32,000 bases of DNA from Fodinibius halophilus (lineage in GTDB: Bacteria; Bacteroidota; Rhodothermia; Balneolales; Balneolaceae): positions 53,933-85,932 of the forward strand of contig NZ_JAALLS010000015.1 of the NCBI RefSeq assembly GCF_011059105.1. The letters are read 5' to 3'. Each line of letters begins with the position of its first letter. Within the stretch, counting starts at the first letter, position 1. Shown here one piece after another: positions 20,095 through 29,396 of the stretch. The position numbers were made by a program, and so were the translations under genes. Below the pieces are notes generated by a model that did not search any database, had not been told where the DNA came from, and was given only the letters and a program-made list of their open reading frames with translations.

Positions 20095-21421
20095 TATTCT
20101 ACGAGGTATGATCGGGATGCTGGCAATAATCGGTATTGCCCTGGCATTCAGCAAAAATCGAAAAGCAGTAAACTGGCGCCTCGTCGGAACCGGGCTTAGC
20201 ATACAGTTTATACTGGCTGTATTCATTCTTAAGGGCAATGAAATGGCCGAATACTGGACTCCCCTGCGATGGCCAAAAGACTTTTTTAGCTGGGTTTCTT
20301 CCTTTTTTGTGATTGTTCTGGACTTTACCACTGAAGGCGCAAAATTTATATTTGGTGATCTGGCTAAAAGCCCCGGCATGGATGGCAGTATGGGTAATTT
20401 TTTCGCATTCCAGGTACTGCCGACGATCATCTTCTTCGCTTCTCTAACTGCCATCTTATACCACTATGGTATTCTACAATGGATTGTGCGCGTAATGGCC
20501 AAGGGAATGCAGAAATTAATGGGGACTTCCGGGGCGGAGTCACTTTCCGTGATTTCCAATATTTTTGTTGGCCAAACAGAAGCGCCCCTTGTTATTGAGC
20601 CTTATATTAAAAAGATGACAAAATCGGAGTTGTTGGCTGTAATGACGGGAGGAATGGCCACTATTGCCGGTGGGGTGATGGCCGCCTATGTGCAAATGCT
20701 CGGCAATTCCTATTCGCAAGCACATGATGTAGCCCTGGATGTTGGCCGACTCATGTTTGCCGAACAACTGCTGGGCGCAAGCTTGATGGCAGCCCCTGCA
20801 GCACTGGTTATTGCTAAAATAATGTATCCCGAAGTAGATGAGCCTGTTACAAAGGGAGACGTCAAAATGAATGTTGAACAACAAGATGCTAACGGGATTG
20901 ATGCTGCTGCAAGTGGCGCAACTACCGGCCTTAAACTTGCTGCAAATGTCGGCGCTATGTTATTGGCTTTTATAGCGTTACTTGCTATGGGCAATTATTT
21001 CTTGGAGAGCTTTGGAAGTTTCACAGGTATCAATGGAATGATTGCCGACGGTAACTTGCGCATTGAAAAAGTACTGGGATGGATTATTGCTCCTCTTGCT
21101 TATATTGTTGGAGCTCCTTGGGCCGATGCTGTAAACCTCGGTTCATTGTTGGGGACCAAAGTCGTACTAAATGAATTTGTAGCCTACCTCCAGCTTTCTG
21201 ATATGGTGGGAGCTGGGACACTGAGTCCCAAAACAATAACGATGGCTACTTTTGCCCTTTGTGGATTTGCTAATTTTTCTTCTATCGCAATTCAGATTGG
21301 GGGTATTGGAGGATTGGCTCCGAGCAGAAAGTCAGAGCTGGCTCAGTTCGGACTCAAAGCCGTATTGGCCGGAACATTAGCTAACCTAATGACGGCTACA
21401 ATCGCAGGAATATTATTTTAA
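20087..21421 (+). CDS. nupC: Concentrative nucleoside transporter (NupC/CNT family)
   Basis: VGQTEAPLVIEPYI and LCGFANFSSIAIQIGGIG motifs, polytopic membrane protein. The start is taken at ATG 20087 (MIDILRGMIGMLAIIG...), overlapping the tdk stop by 8 nt (ATGATTGA). The ORF-track start at 19964 lies inside tdk. Confidence 0.88.
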   Translation: MIDILRGMIGMLAIIGIALAFSKNRKAVNWRLVGTGLSIQFILAVFILKGNEMAEYWTPLRWPKDFFSWVSSFFVIVLDFTTEGAKFIFGDLAKSPGMDGSMGNFFAFQVLPTIIFFASLTAILYHYGILQWIVRVMAKGMQKLMGTSGAESLSVISNIFVGQTEAPLVIEPYIKKMTKSELLAVMTGGMATIAGGVMAAYVQMLGNSYSQAHDVALDVGRLMFAEQLLGASLMAAPAALVIAKIMYPEVDEPVTKGDVKMNVEQQDANGIDAAASGATTGLKLAANVGAMLLAFIALLAMGNYFLESFGSFTGINGMIADGNLRIEKVLGWIIAPLAYIVGAPWADAVNLGSLLGTKVVLNEFVAYLQLSDMVGAGTLSPKTITMATFALCGFANFSSIAIQIGGIGGLAPSRKSELAQFGLKAVLAGTLANLMTATIAGILF

Positions 21422-21423
21422 AG

Positions 21424-22353
21424 ATGTTATCAGTTAAAAAAATACTTATCTCCTTTTTATCTATAGCGATCTGTACAGTATTACTGTTTTGTACTCGTAC
21501 CGCTCCCGTTGATAAGGATAATGTGCTTGCTCGGGTAGGAACGAAGTACCTCACTATTGAAGAAGCTCAACAGTCAGTGCCGGCGTTTCTACTACAACAA
21601 GACAGTGTGGGGACTCTAAAAAACTACCGCGACGAATGGATTCAACAACAAGTTTTGTTGCAAGAAGCTAAACGCCTGGGCTTACCTCAAAAAAAGGCAG
21701 TACAAAAAAAGCTTCAAAAAGCACAACAAGAAGTTCTGCGTGAAGCACTCCGAAAATACATTATCGCATCTAAAAAAGAAGAGCTCACGATTTCGGATGA
21801 AGAAGCCCGCACGTACTACCAGGCACATAAAAAACAGTTTGCCCTGGATGAAGAATTTGTACAGTTCCGTCATATACGTGCTCGCACATTAAAAGAGGCA
21901 CGGTCGGCCAAACAAGATCTGCTGGGTGGAGTTTCTTGGGCAGAAGTAGCTCACAAATACGCTATTAACCCGAAATCAGCACTGGATAAAGCCGAACAAT
22001 ACTGGCCTATTTCGATGGCATTGAACGATATAAATATAATGAACAGATATCTGAATATTATTGGTCAGAACGAAATATCGCCTATCCAGCGCGTAAATGG
22101 GGTTTATCATTTTGTTCAACTTATCGACAGTCGTGCCAAAGGTGAACTGCCCGACCTTGACTGGCTGCTGGATAAGATCAAAGACTGGATGGTTCTAAAT
22201 AAACAGCGTCGAAATTTCAGTTCCTATGTAAAGAATCTTTATCTTAAGGCGAAATCGAATAATGAAGTAGAGACTTTTAACGTTACACCTACACAAACTA
22301 ATCCAACAACTACCTTTGAAGATACTCTTGAAAGCAACTCAACTGATGAATAA
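21424..22353 (+). CDS. Periplasmic parvulin-type peptidyl-prolyl isomerase / SurA-N-domain chaperone
   Basis: Signal sequence. SurA-N-like helical region, then a single PpiC/parvulin-like domain (VQFRHI...GVSWAEVAHKYA...VYHFVQL). Confidence 0.7.
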   Translation: MLSVKKILISFLSIAICTVLLFCTRTAPVDKDNVLARVGTKYLTIEEAQQSVPAFLLQQDSVGTLKNYRDEWIQQQVLLQEAKRLGLPQKKAVQKKLQKAQQEVLREALRKYIIASKKEELTISDEEARTYYQAHKKQFALDEEFVQFRHIRARTLKEARSAKQDLLGGVSWAEVAHKYAINPKSALDKAEQYWPISMALNDINIMNRYLNIIGQNEISPIQRVNGVYHFVQLIDSRAKGELPDLDWLLDKIKDWMVLNKQRRNFSSYVKNLYLKAKSNNEVETFNVTPTQTNPTTTFEDTLESNSTDE

Positions 22354-23728
22354 AGCTTATCTCTTACTACTTTTTCTTGTTTCACTAATTATAATTCCAT
22401 CCTCGATGCAGGCCCAAAAAAAGGCTGAAGGTAAAAACCTGGATCAAATTGTTGCACTCGTTAACGATCATATCATATTAAAATCTGAGATCGACCAGCA
22501 GGTTCAACAGTATATGATGCAGATGCAGCAACAACAGGGCAAACAGATCTCCTTCGGTGAAGATATTTGGTATACCGTATTGCAAAATACAATCGACCGT
22601 TATGTGATGCTCGATCAAGCTGCCATCGATTCTATCTCAGTACCTACGGGGAAAGTAGATCAACAGATTAACCGCCGTATCCAACAATATATTGAACGTA
22701 TTGGAAGTGAAGAAGCCCTTGAACAGCAGTTAGGTAAAAGTGTTGTACAGCTGCGTGCTGATCTACGCGAAAATTACCGCGAACAGATGACGATCCAGCG
22801 ATTTCAGCAAACAAAACAAACTGCGATTTCTATCACACGTCCCGAGGTAGAAGAATACTTTAACAAAATCCCCCAGGATTCACTTCCGACTATACCGGAA
22901 CAGGTGGCTGTTTCTCAGATTGTAGCTGTACCCCCTACCCTGGCAAATGCAAAATCACAAGCCCGTGAATTTGCTAAGCAACTTCGCGATTCTGTGCTTA
23001 ACCATGGCAAAACCATCGAAGAGCTGGCAAAAAAACATAGTGATGGCCCAAATGCTGCCAATGGTGGTAAAGTACCAATGATGGCTATAAATGACCTGGT
23101 AGCTGAATATTCTGCGGCAGCAACATCCCTGAACACCGGTGACATATCACAGGTTGTAGAAACGTCTTTTGGCTTTCATGTTATCCGCCTAAACAAACGC
23201 GAAGGCGATAAAATTGATACGAACCATATTCTCATTAAGGTTGATAATGAGAGTTATGATGATCAAGCAGCTATCGACAGGCTAAAGCAGATAAAAGATA
23301 GTGTTGAAACAAATGACGATATCACCTTTTCTGAAATGGCCCGTAAACATTCAGATGATCCGAACACAGCCTCTCAAGGTGGTCGCGTACTGCATCCCCA
23401 GAGCGGACAACGCCATATCCCACTTAAAGACCTGGAACCCGCTCTCTATCGCATCGTTTTGTTACTTGAAGAGCAGGGAGATATCTCTGAGCCTAAAAAA
23501 TTTAATATGGGTAACGAGAACAACTCAAAAAAAGCATACCGCATTGTTCGCCTTGATGACCGCATTGAAGAACATACAGCCAGCTTAAAACAAGATTATT
23601 CACGTATTAAAACTGCTGCATTACGACAAAAACAGCAGAAAGAGTTTGCTAAGCTTTTAGATAAGCTGCGTCAAGAAATGTATGTTGAGTACAAAATTTC
23701 GGTACCAGAGAAATACAAACAATTATAG
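22346..23728 (+). CDS. surA: SurA-like periplasmic chaperone with two parvulin domains
   Basis: Start taken at ATG 22346 (MNKAYLLLLFLVSLIIIPSSMQAQ signal peptide), overlapping the upstream stop by 8 nt. Contains IVALVNDHIILKSEID, a first parvulin domain ending in FGFHVIRL, and a second PPIase-like domain. Confidence 0.8.
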   Translation: MNKAYLLLLFLVSLIIIPSSMQAQKKAEGKNLDQIVALVNDHIILKSEIDQQVQQYMMQMQQQQGKQISFGEDIWYTVLQNTIDRYVMLDQAAIDSISVPTGKVDQQINRRIQQYIERIGSEEALEQQLGKSVVQLRADLRENYREQMTIQRFQQTKQTAISITRPEVEEYFNKIPQDSLPTIPEQVAVSQIVAVPPTLANAKSQAREFAKQLRDSVLNHGKTIEELAKKHSDGPNAANGGKVPMMAINDLVAEYSAAATSLNTGDISQVVETSFGFHVIRLNKREGDKIDTNHILIKVDNESYDDQAAIDRLKQIKDSVETNDDITFSEMARKHSDDPNTASQGGRVLHPQSGQRHIPLKDLEPALYRIVLLLEEQGDISEPKKFNMGNENNSKKAYRIVRLDDRIEEHTASLKQDYSRIKTAALRQKQQKEFAKLLDKLRQEMYVEYKISVPEKYKQL

Positions 23729-23738
23729 TAAATAGCGT

Positions 23739-24731
23739 ATGAGCCAGATTCCGCAAGATTCGGTTGAAGCCGTTGATTTTTTCCAGGATTCGGTTACTAA
23801 AATCAGGGAGCAAGTTGGCAAAGTTATTGTCGGCCAAAAAGATATTCTCGATCAATTACTAGTATGTTTATTCTCTCGGGGACATTGTGTGCTGATCGGG
23901 GTACCCGGGCTGGCCAAAACGTTGCTGATTCGTACGGTTTCTCAAACATTAAATTTAAGCTTTAGCCGTATTCAGTTCACCCCCGACCTTATGCCCGGTG
24001 ATATTACGGGTACCGAGGTTATTGAGGATGACCGGGAAACAGGCCAAAAGAAGTTCAAATTTGTTAAAGGTCCTATCTTTGCGAATATCATTCTCGCGGA
24101 TGAGATCAACCGAACGCCGCCCAAAACCCAAGCTGCCCTGCTCGAAGGCATGCAGGAGTTCCATGTTACTGCTGCCGGACATACCTATCCCCTGAAACCA
24201 CCGTTTTTTGTATTGGCTACTCAAAATCCCATTGAACAAGAAGGTACCTATCCGCTGCCAGAGGCACAGCTGGATCGTTTTATGTTTAACCTCTGGCTTG
24301 ATTATCCCTCGCTTGAAGAGGAAAAAAATATTGTTAGCCAAAACACAGAACTGGATGAGGCTGATATTGAAGCCGTGTTAGATATTGAACAGGTTATTGA
24401 ACTTCAGGATCTGGTCCGTAAAGTTCCGGTACCCGAAGGCGTGCTGGCTTCTGCCGTGGAACTTGTTACCAAAACTCGCCCCCAGTCTGATATTGCACCT
24501 GATTTTATCAAAAAATATATGAGTTGGGGTGCCGGCCCCAGGGCCTCACAATTTCTCGTTCTTGGTGGAAAAGCCCGTGCCTTGACACGAGGCCGATATA
24601 ACGTGACCGAAGAAGATATTCGAGCACTGGCAAAACCGGTACTTCGCCACCGAATTGTCAATAACTACGCAGCAGAAGCTGAGGGGCTCTCGGCTGATAA
24701 ACTTATCGAAATGCTGCTCGAGGAAATGTAA
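23739..24731 (+). CDS. MoxR-family AAA+ ATPase
   Basis: Walker A GVPGLAKT, Walker B IILADEINR, FFVLATQNPIEQEGTYPLPEAQLDRF, and a C-terminal lid with GAGPRAS. Confidence 0.93.
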   Translation: MSQIPQDSVEAVDFFQDSVTKIREQVGKVIVGQKDILDQLLVCLFSRGHCVLIGVPGLAKTLLIRTVSQTLNLSFSRIQFTPDLMPGDITGTEVIEDDRETGQKKFKFVKGPIFANIILADEINRTPPKTQAALLEGMQEFHVTAAGHTYPLKPPFFVLATQNPIEQEGTYPLPEAQLDRFMFNLWLDYPSLEEEKNIVSQNTELDEADIEAVLDIEQVIELQDLVRKVPVPEGVLASAVELVTKTRPQSDIAPDFIKKYMSWGAGPRASQFLVLGGKARALTRGRYNVTEEDIRALAKPVLRHRIVNNYAAEAEGLSADKLIEMLLEEM

Positions 24732-24743
24732 CCCGTTATCACT

Positions 24744-26867
24744 GTGGATTTCACTTTTCAAGGCTTTCAATCCGCTCTGCCCCTTTGGTCTTATGTGTTG
24801 ATGTTTATCGGCACATCTGTATTGGCGTGGTGGTCGTATAAGGATAGTACTGGTATTAAGTCTACATATCGATACCTTCTTATCGGGCTGCGAACAGCCG
24901 TATTTGCTGTTTTATTCATTTTATTATTAAACCCGTTCATCAAGACGGAAACCACTTATTTTGAAACGCCTACCATAATGGTGATGATGGACAATTCTGC
25001 CAGTACCGCCATCCGGAAGTCATCATATAAGGGGGTTGAAAGCTATACTCAAACATTGAATAATATTGAATTCGGTGATTTTGAGGAAGTAAATTTATCG
25101 TTTTATGCCATTGGAAGTAGCGCTGAACCAACCAAGCTTGATTCTCTTACCTTTGATGCCGAACAGACAAATTTATCTAAGGCTATACAACTGCTAAAAG
25201 CAAACCAGCGCGAGGTCAACAGTGCCATACTCATCAGCGATGGTATTTATACGCAAGGCCGGAATCCCATTTTTAACACGAACGACCTCGAAATCCCGAT
25301 ATATACAGTGGGACTTGGCGATACTACATCCCAAAAAGATATTCTGGTCCGTTCCAGCTCTACTAATTCTACGGGTTACCTAGACACCCCTCAACCTGTA
25401 ACTGTTAACATAGCCAGCAATGGATTTCGCGGACAATCATTCCAAGTTCATCTAAAAGATGGAAATAAGATTCTCAGCACGAAAACCGTTAGCCCTGACT
25501 TAGTCTCAGATAACCATGAACTCACCTTCAAATTAACTCCCCAAAAAGAAGGGCTCCAACAATATTCCATTGTTATTCCTGCGCTTGAACAAGAGTGGAC
25601 AAGCAATAATAATAGCCAGCTATTTTCAGTGGATGTTAAAGATGCCAAACAGTCAATACTATCACTGGCATTTGAAGTACATCCCGATGTAAAATATGTG
25701 CGTTCACTTCTGCGATCCGATAAAAATACTGAACTGACAACACGAACCTGGATAAACAACAATCGTTTTATTGAAGGTAACCTCAGTATTGCTGCTGATA
25801 CTGTTGATCTTGCTATTATTCACGGTTACCCGGGCAACGGCTTGCCTGCTTCTTTAGAAAAGAAGATAAAATTACTTACAAATGAAGTTCCACATATCAT
25901 TTTTGCAACACCGCTTTTTTCGCCTCAACAATTTGAACAAGAAATTAGCTCTTTACCTGTTCGCCTATTAGGGCCGTGGAATTATGTTCAGGTGGGTTTG
26001 AGCCCCCGGGGTAAAACAAATTCTCATCCTATAATGGAATTACCCACCCTTGACTATAGCCAACTGCCTTCTCTGTTGTCTCCTGTAGACAACATAAACC
26101 CCACTGCTACCGCTACTCAGCTTTTTAACAGTACCCACCGGGGGCAACAAACCAATAAGCCAGTATTATCTGTACAGGAAATTGGCAACCACAGAATATC
26201 CTTTTTTAATGCTTTTGGTTGGTTTCAATTCCACCAGGAACCAAATAGAAAAGTTCAAAATTTTGCCAATGAACTTCTCCTTAACGTTGTTAGCTGGACA
26301 GCTACCAATCCCAATAATCAATTGCTTAAAGCTAAACCCACAAAAACGACTTTCAATGGATCAGAGCATGTTATAATTGACGCATATCTACAGAATGAGC
26401 GGGGAGAGATGGAAACTAATGCATCAATTGATCTTACTTTTTCTTCGGATACCCTTGAAAGTCACTTCTATTCTATGGAAAATGTTGGGTCGGGCCGCTA
26501 TCGCCTAGACCTGGGAACCATGCCCGAAGGTATTTACACTTTTAACGCTGTTGCCCAGAAAGGCGACCGCCATATTGATAGCCAGCAAGGAGAGTTCGCT
26601 GTTGCCCAATCAAATGCCGAATTTGTGAATACCACCCGTGATGATCAACTCTTGCGAACATTGGCCAACAAGACTGAGGGTACCTATCTACCCTACGATT
26701 CTGTTTCCGGGTTTTGGCAAAACTTTCGTGACAAGAACCTGCTTAGCAAGAATCAAAAAAGTGAGACATCTTACTTTTACCTCTACCGGAATATAGGCTG
26801 GTTTATTTTGGTAATCGTTTTGTTATCTGCTGAATGGATAACCCGAAAATATCTTTCCCTGCCCTAA
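24744..26867 (+). CDS. Membrane-anchored VWA-domain protein (BatA-like N-terminal double-TM + MIDAS), MoxR partner
   Basis: GTG start 13 nt after moxR. Two N-terminal TM helices, then a MIDAS-like IMVMMDNSAS...LISDG...VGLGD. Long beta-rich middle and a C-terminal TM helix (IGWFILVIVLLSAEW). Confidence 0.7.
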   Translation: MDFTFQGFQSALPLWSYVLMFIGTSVLAWWSYKDSTGIKSTYRYLLIGLRTAVFAVLFILLLNPFIKTETTYFETPTIMVMMDNSASTAIRKSSYKGVESYTQTLNNIEFGDFEEVNLSFYAIGSSAEPTKLDSLTFDAEQTNLSKAIQLLKANQREVNSAILISDGIYTQGRNPIFNTNDLEIPIYTVGLGDTTSQKDILVRSSSTNSTGYLDTPQPVTVNIASNGFRGQSFQVHLKDGNKILSTKTVSPDLVSDNHELTFKLTPQKEGLQQYSIVIPALEQEWTSNNNSQLFSVDVKDAKQSILSLAFEVHPDVKYVRSLLRSDKNTELTTRTWINNNRFIEGNLSIAADTVDLAIIHGYPGNGLPASLEKKIKLLTNEVPHIIFATPLFSPQQFEQEISSLPVRLLGPWNYVQVGLSPRGKTNSHPIMELPTLDYSQLPSLLSPVDNINPTATATQLFNSTHRGQQTNKPVLSVQEIGNHRISFFNAFGWFQFHQEPNRKVQNFANELLLNVVSWTATNPNNQLLKAKPTKTTFNGSEHVIIDAYLQNERGEMETNASIDLTFSSDTLESHFYSMENVGSGRYRLDLGTMPEGIYTFNAVAQKGDRHIDSQQGEFAVAQSNAEFVNTTRDDQLLRTLANKTEGTYLPYDSVSGFWQNFRDKNLLSKNQKSETSYFYLYRNIGWFILVIVLLSAEWITRKYLSLP

Positions 26868-26874
26868 TTTCAAT

Positions 26875-27906
26875 TTATGGAATTGTAGCAATTTCATTTA
26901 AACGAATTGTCCCGGTTTGCGCATTAATACGGGCCCGTAAGCCTACAGGTAGTGTCACCATTTTGCTGATATGGCCAAACATTGCCCCGGAGAAAGCAGG
27001 AATTCCCAAAGGTTTAATATGATCATCAAAGACTTGCTCTAACGTCAGGCTGTACGAGTTTGACCGTTCACAGTTGGTGCACTGCCCGAAAACAAAACCG
27101 GAAATCTGATCCAATATGCCGCTGAGCTTGAGTTGGGTTATCATACGATCTATACGATAAATATCTTCTCCCACATCTTCTAAAAACAAGATATTTCCTT
27201 GCCAATCTGGAAGATAGTCGGAACCGGCCATTGCAGTTAGAACGCTCAGATTGCCACCTAAGAGTCGTCCCGATGTTCTTCCCGAACGTATAACCATATG
27301 GTTGTCGCAACCGCTGCAAACACCCTCTGCAGGCATCTCCAGTTGGACCACCTGTTGCCCGGATACCATCTCCTCAAAATGCGTTGTTGTATAACCTGTC
27401 CAGTCGGATTTACCTACAGGTCCATGGAACGTAATGAGTCCTGTTTTGGCATAGATAGCTAATAGTAATGAGGTTATGTCGCTAAATCCCACCAGGATCT
27501 TGGGGTTGGCTTTGATCAAATCATAATCGATAGCATCAAGAATGCGGTTTGCTCCCCAACCACCACGAAATGGTATAATAGCATCTACCTCGTCATCTGC
27601 AAACATGGCATTAAGATCGGCAGCTCGTTCATCATCAGTGCCACCCAGATACCCATATTGATTACGGGCATTGCTCCCTTCTTTGACCTTGTACCCCAAC
27701 TCTTTTATCTGTTTTACAATCTTGTTGTACAGCTTTTTTTCGGGTAGCCTGCTTGAGGGACTTATCAATCCAACGGTATCCCCTTTCTGAAGTCTTTTGG
27801 GTTTTGTTATGATTTGAGTTTGAGGAGAGCGCGCAATAGCAGCGGAATTTAGTACGGATACCACGCTACTAGCACCTAAAAATTTAAGGAATCCTTTTCT
27901 ATCCAT
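26875..27906 (-). CDS. LD-carboxypeptidase (peptidase S66 family), exported
   Basis: S66 triad contexts GFSDITSL (Ser), FLEDVGEDIYRIDRM (Glu), GAMFGHI (His). Start taken at ATG 27906 (MDRKGFLKFLGASSVV...). The longer ORF-track start would overlap nadD. Confidence 0.85.
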   Translation of the reverse strand: MDRKGFLKFLGASSVVSVLNSAAIARSPQTQIITKPKRLQKGDTVGLISPSSRLPEKKLYNKIVKQIKELGYKVKEGSNARNQYGYLGGTDDERAADLNAMFADDEVDAIIPFRGGWGANRILDAIDYDLIKANPKILVGFSDITSLLLAIYAKTGLITFHGPVGKSDWTGYTTTHFEEMVSGQQVVQLEMPAEGVCSGCDNHMVIRSGRTSGRLLGGNLSVLTAMAGSDYLPDWQGNILFLEDVGEDIYRIDRMITQLKLSGILDQISGFVFGQCTNCERSNSYSLTLEQVFDDHIKPLGIPAFSGAMFGHISKMVTLPVGLRARINAQTGTIRLNEIATIP

Positions 27907-27916
27907 AACTAGTGGG

Positions 27917-28507
27917 TTAATAGGGATTATTTTGATGTATAAAATCCTGAACTGAGGCTGGTACAAGTCCAGAAATATCGCCGTCACTTTGAATTAAATT
28001 TCTTACTTCTGTTGAAGAGATATTAATGGGTTTGTGATCAATGACGTGAGCATCTCGGGCAACTTCTGGGTCTAACTCCAGCTCTTTATCATAAGGCCTG
28101 TGTGCTACCAACAACTCACAATAGCTTAATATTTCGCGCCAGCGATGCCATGAAGTAAAATGATGGGCTGAATCCTCTCCGATACAGAGATAAAAGTTTT
28201 TACCAGGATAGGCTTTAGCAAGGTGCCTCACCGTCTGAACAGTATAGGAAGGATTAGGCAACCGATCTTCAATATCAGAAATGGTAACATCCTCCCACTC
28301 TGCAAAAGCGCGCTTCAACATCTGCAGTCGAAGCTCATAACTTGTCAGTGATTGTTCAATTTTGTGGGGAGGATTCGGGGTAAGCAAAATCCAAAGTGCA
28401 GAAATATACCCCGAATCTAGAAAAGAACGAGCAATAGATAAATGACCATTATGAACGGGATCAAAGCTTCCCCCAAAAAGCCCTATTGCTTCTTTACCAG
28501 CCGCCAT
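27917..28507 (-). CDS. nadD: Nicotinate-nucleotide adenylyltransferase
   Basis: GLFGGSFDPVHNGH (HxGH) and ISSTEVR motifs. 196 aa. Confidence 0.92.
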   Translation of the reverse strand: MAAGKEAIGLFGGSFDPVHNGHLSIARSFLDSGYISALWILLTPNPPHKIEQSLTSYELRLQMLKRAFAEWEDVTISDIEDRLPNPSYTVQTVRHLAKAYPGKNFYLCIGEDSAHHFTSWHRWREILSYCELLVAHRPYDKELELDPEVARDAHVIDHKPINISSTEVRNLIQSDGDISGLVPASVQDFIHQNNPY

Positions 28508-28509
28508 TA

Positions 28510-29379
28510 TTAGTAACTGCTTCCAGAATCGTCATTGCGGGCGGTGCTGTTCTTTTCATCAGACTCTACCGTCAGTTCAGCGAGTGCAGCCCGTGCAACA
28601 TCTACGTGCTCATCAGCTTGACTTCGATATTTACCATTGGGGAAAAGCTGAATAAATGTTTCGTAGGCCGAAACAGCTTTCTGATACCGTTCTTTCTGCT
28701 TAGAGATAATGCTTCTGCCGGCATAGATGTTATAGGTTTTAATTTTTTCGACAAGTGCACGCTGTGCCCAAATTGACTCAGGGTATTGATCAATAGTGAG
28801 ATCGTAATAGGTGATAGCAGCTTCATAATCATCAATACGCATATACAGATCGGCGGCATAGAAGTGCTTTTTGGCTAATTTAGCCCGCATTTCTGTAATA
28901 TATTGGGCGGCCTCTTGGCGTTTCTCGGAATTTTGATACCGCGAATTGTACAACCTGAACTTTTCGATTGCTTTGCGGGTATAACTTTGATCCAATTTAT
29001 ATCGCGGACTCAGTTTATAGTAGCAATACGCTTCTTTGAACTGCGCAATTTGCCGGTCTTCGGATCGTGGAAAGAGCGAAATATAACGCTCATATTCCGA
29101 TGCAGCCAGAAGATAGCGTTCATCTTCGTTGTATGATTCAGCTAACATAAACTGCGCTTTTTTTCCATAATCGGTGCCTCGCCCAATTTGAATAACAGTT
29201 TCAAAAGCAGATGCGGCTTCGGAATATTTTTCGGCCTGAAATAATTTCATCGATTTTTTAAATGCCGTGGGCAATGTATCTCCGCGCTGGATATATTGCT
29301 GGTTTTTACACGAAGCCAGCAGTACAAACATTAATACTAAGACTGAGCCTTTTACAATAAGAGTTGAAATATTCTTCAT
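28510..29379 (-). CDS. bamD: Outer-membrane protein assembly factor BamD (TPR lipoprotein)
   Basis: Signal peptide + lipobox (VLLASC). TPR-like repeats with the BamD/YfiO pattern (AQFMLAESYN..., YPESIWAQRAL...). ATG 29379 is preferred over the TTG at 29400. Confidence 0.8.
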   Translation of the reverse strand: MKNISTLIVKGSVLVLMFVLLASCKNQQYIQRGDTLPTAFKKSMKLFQAEKYSEAASAFETVIQIGRGTDYGKKAQFMLAESYNEDERYLLAASEYERYISLFPRSEDRQIAQFKEAYCYYKLSPRYKLDQSYTRKAIEKFRLYNSRYQNSEKRQEAAQYITEMRAKLAKKHFYAADLYMRIDDYEAAITYYDLTIDQYPESIWAQRALVEKIKTYNIYAGRSIISKQKERYQKAVSAYETFIQLFPNGKYRSQADEHVDVARAALAELTVESDEKNSTARNDDSGSSY

Positions 29380-29396
29380 TATATACTTTTTAGCTT

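Noticed and set aside
22316-22345. Earlier start for the SurA-like gene
   Set aside because: ATG 22346 yields a proper signal peptide and the usual short overlap with the upstream stop. The extension would add 10 residues in front of the signal sequence.
27907-27987. Longer N-terminus for the LD-carboxypeptidase ORF
   Set aside because: It would overlap the 3' end of nadD by 71 nt. Met28 (27906) starts a plausible signal peptide 10 nt after the nadD stop.
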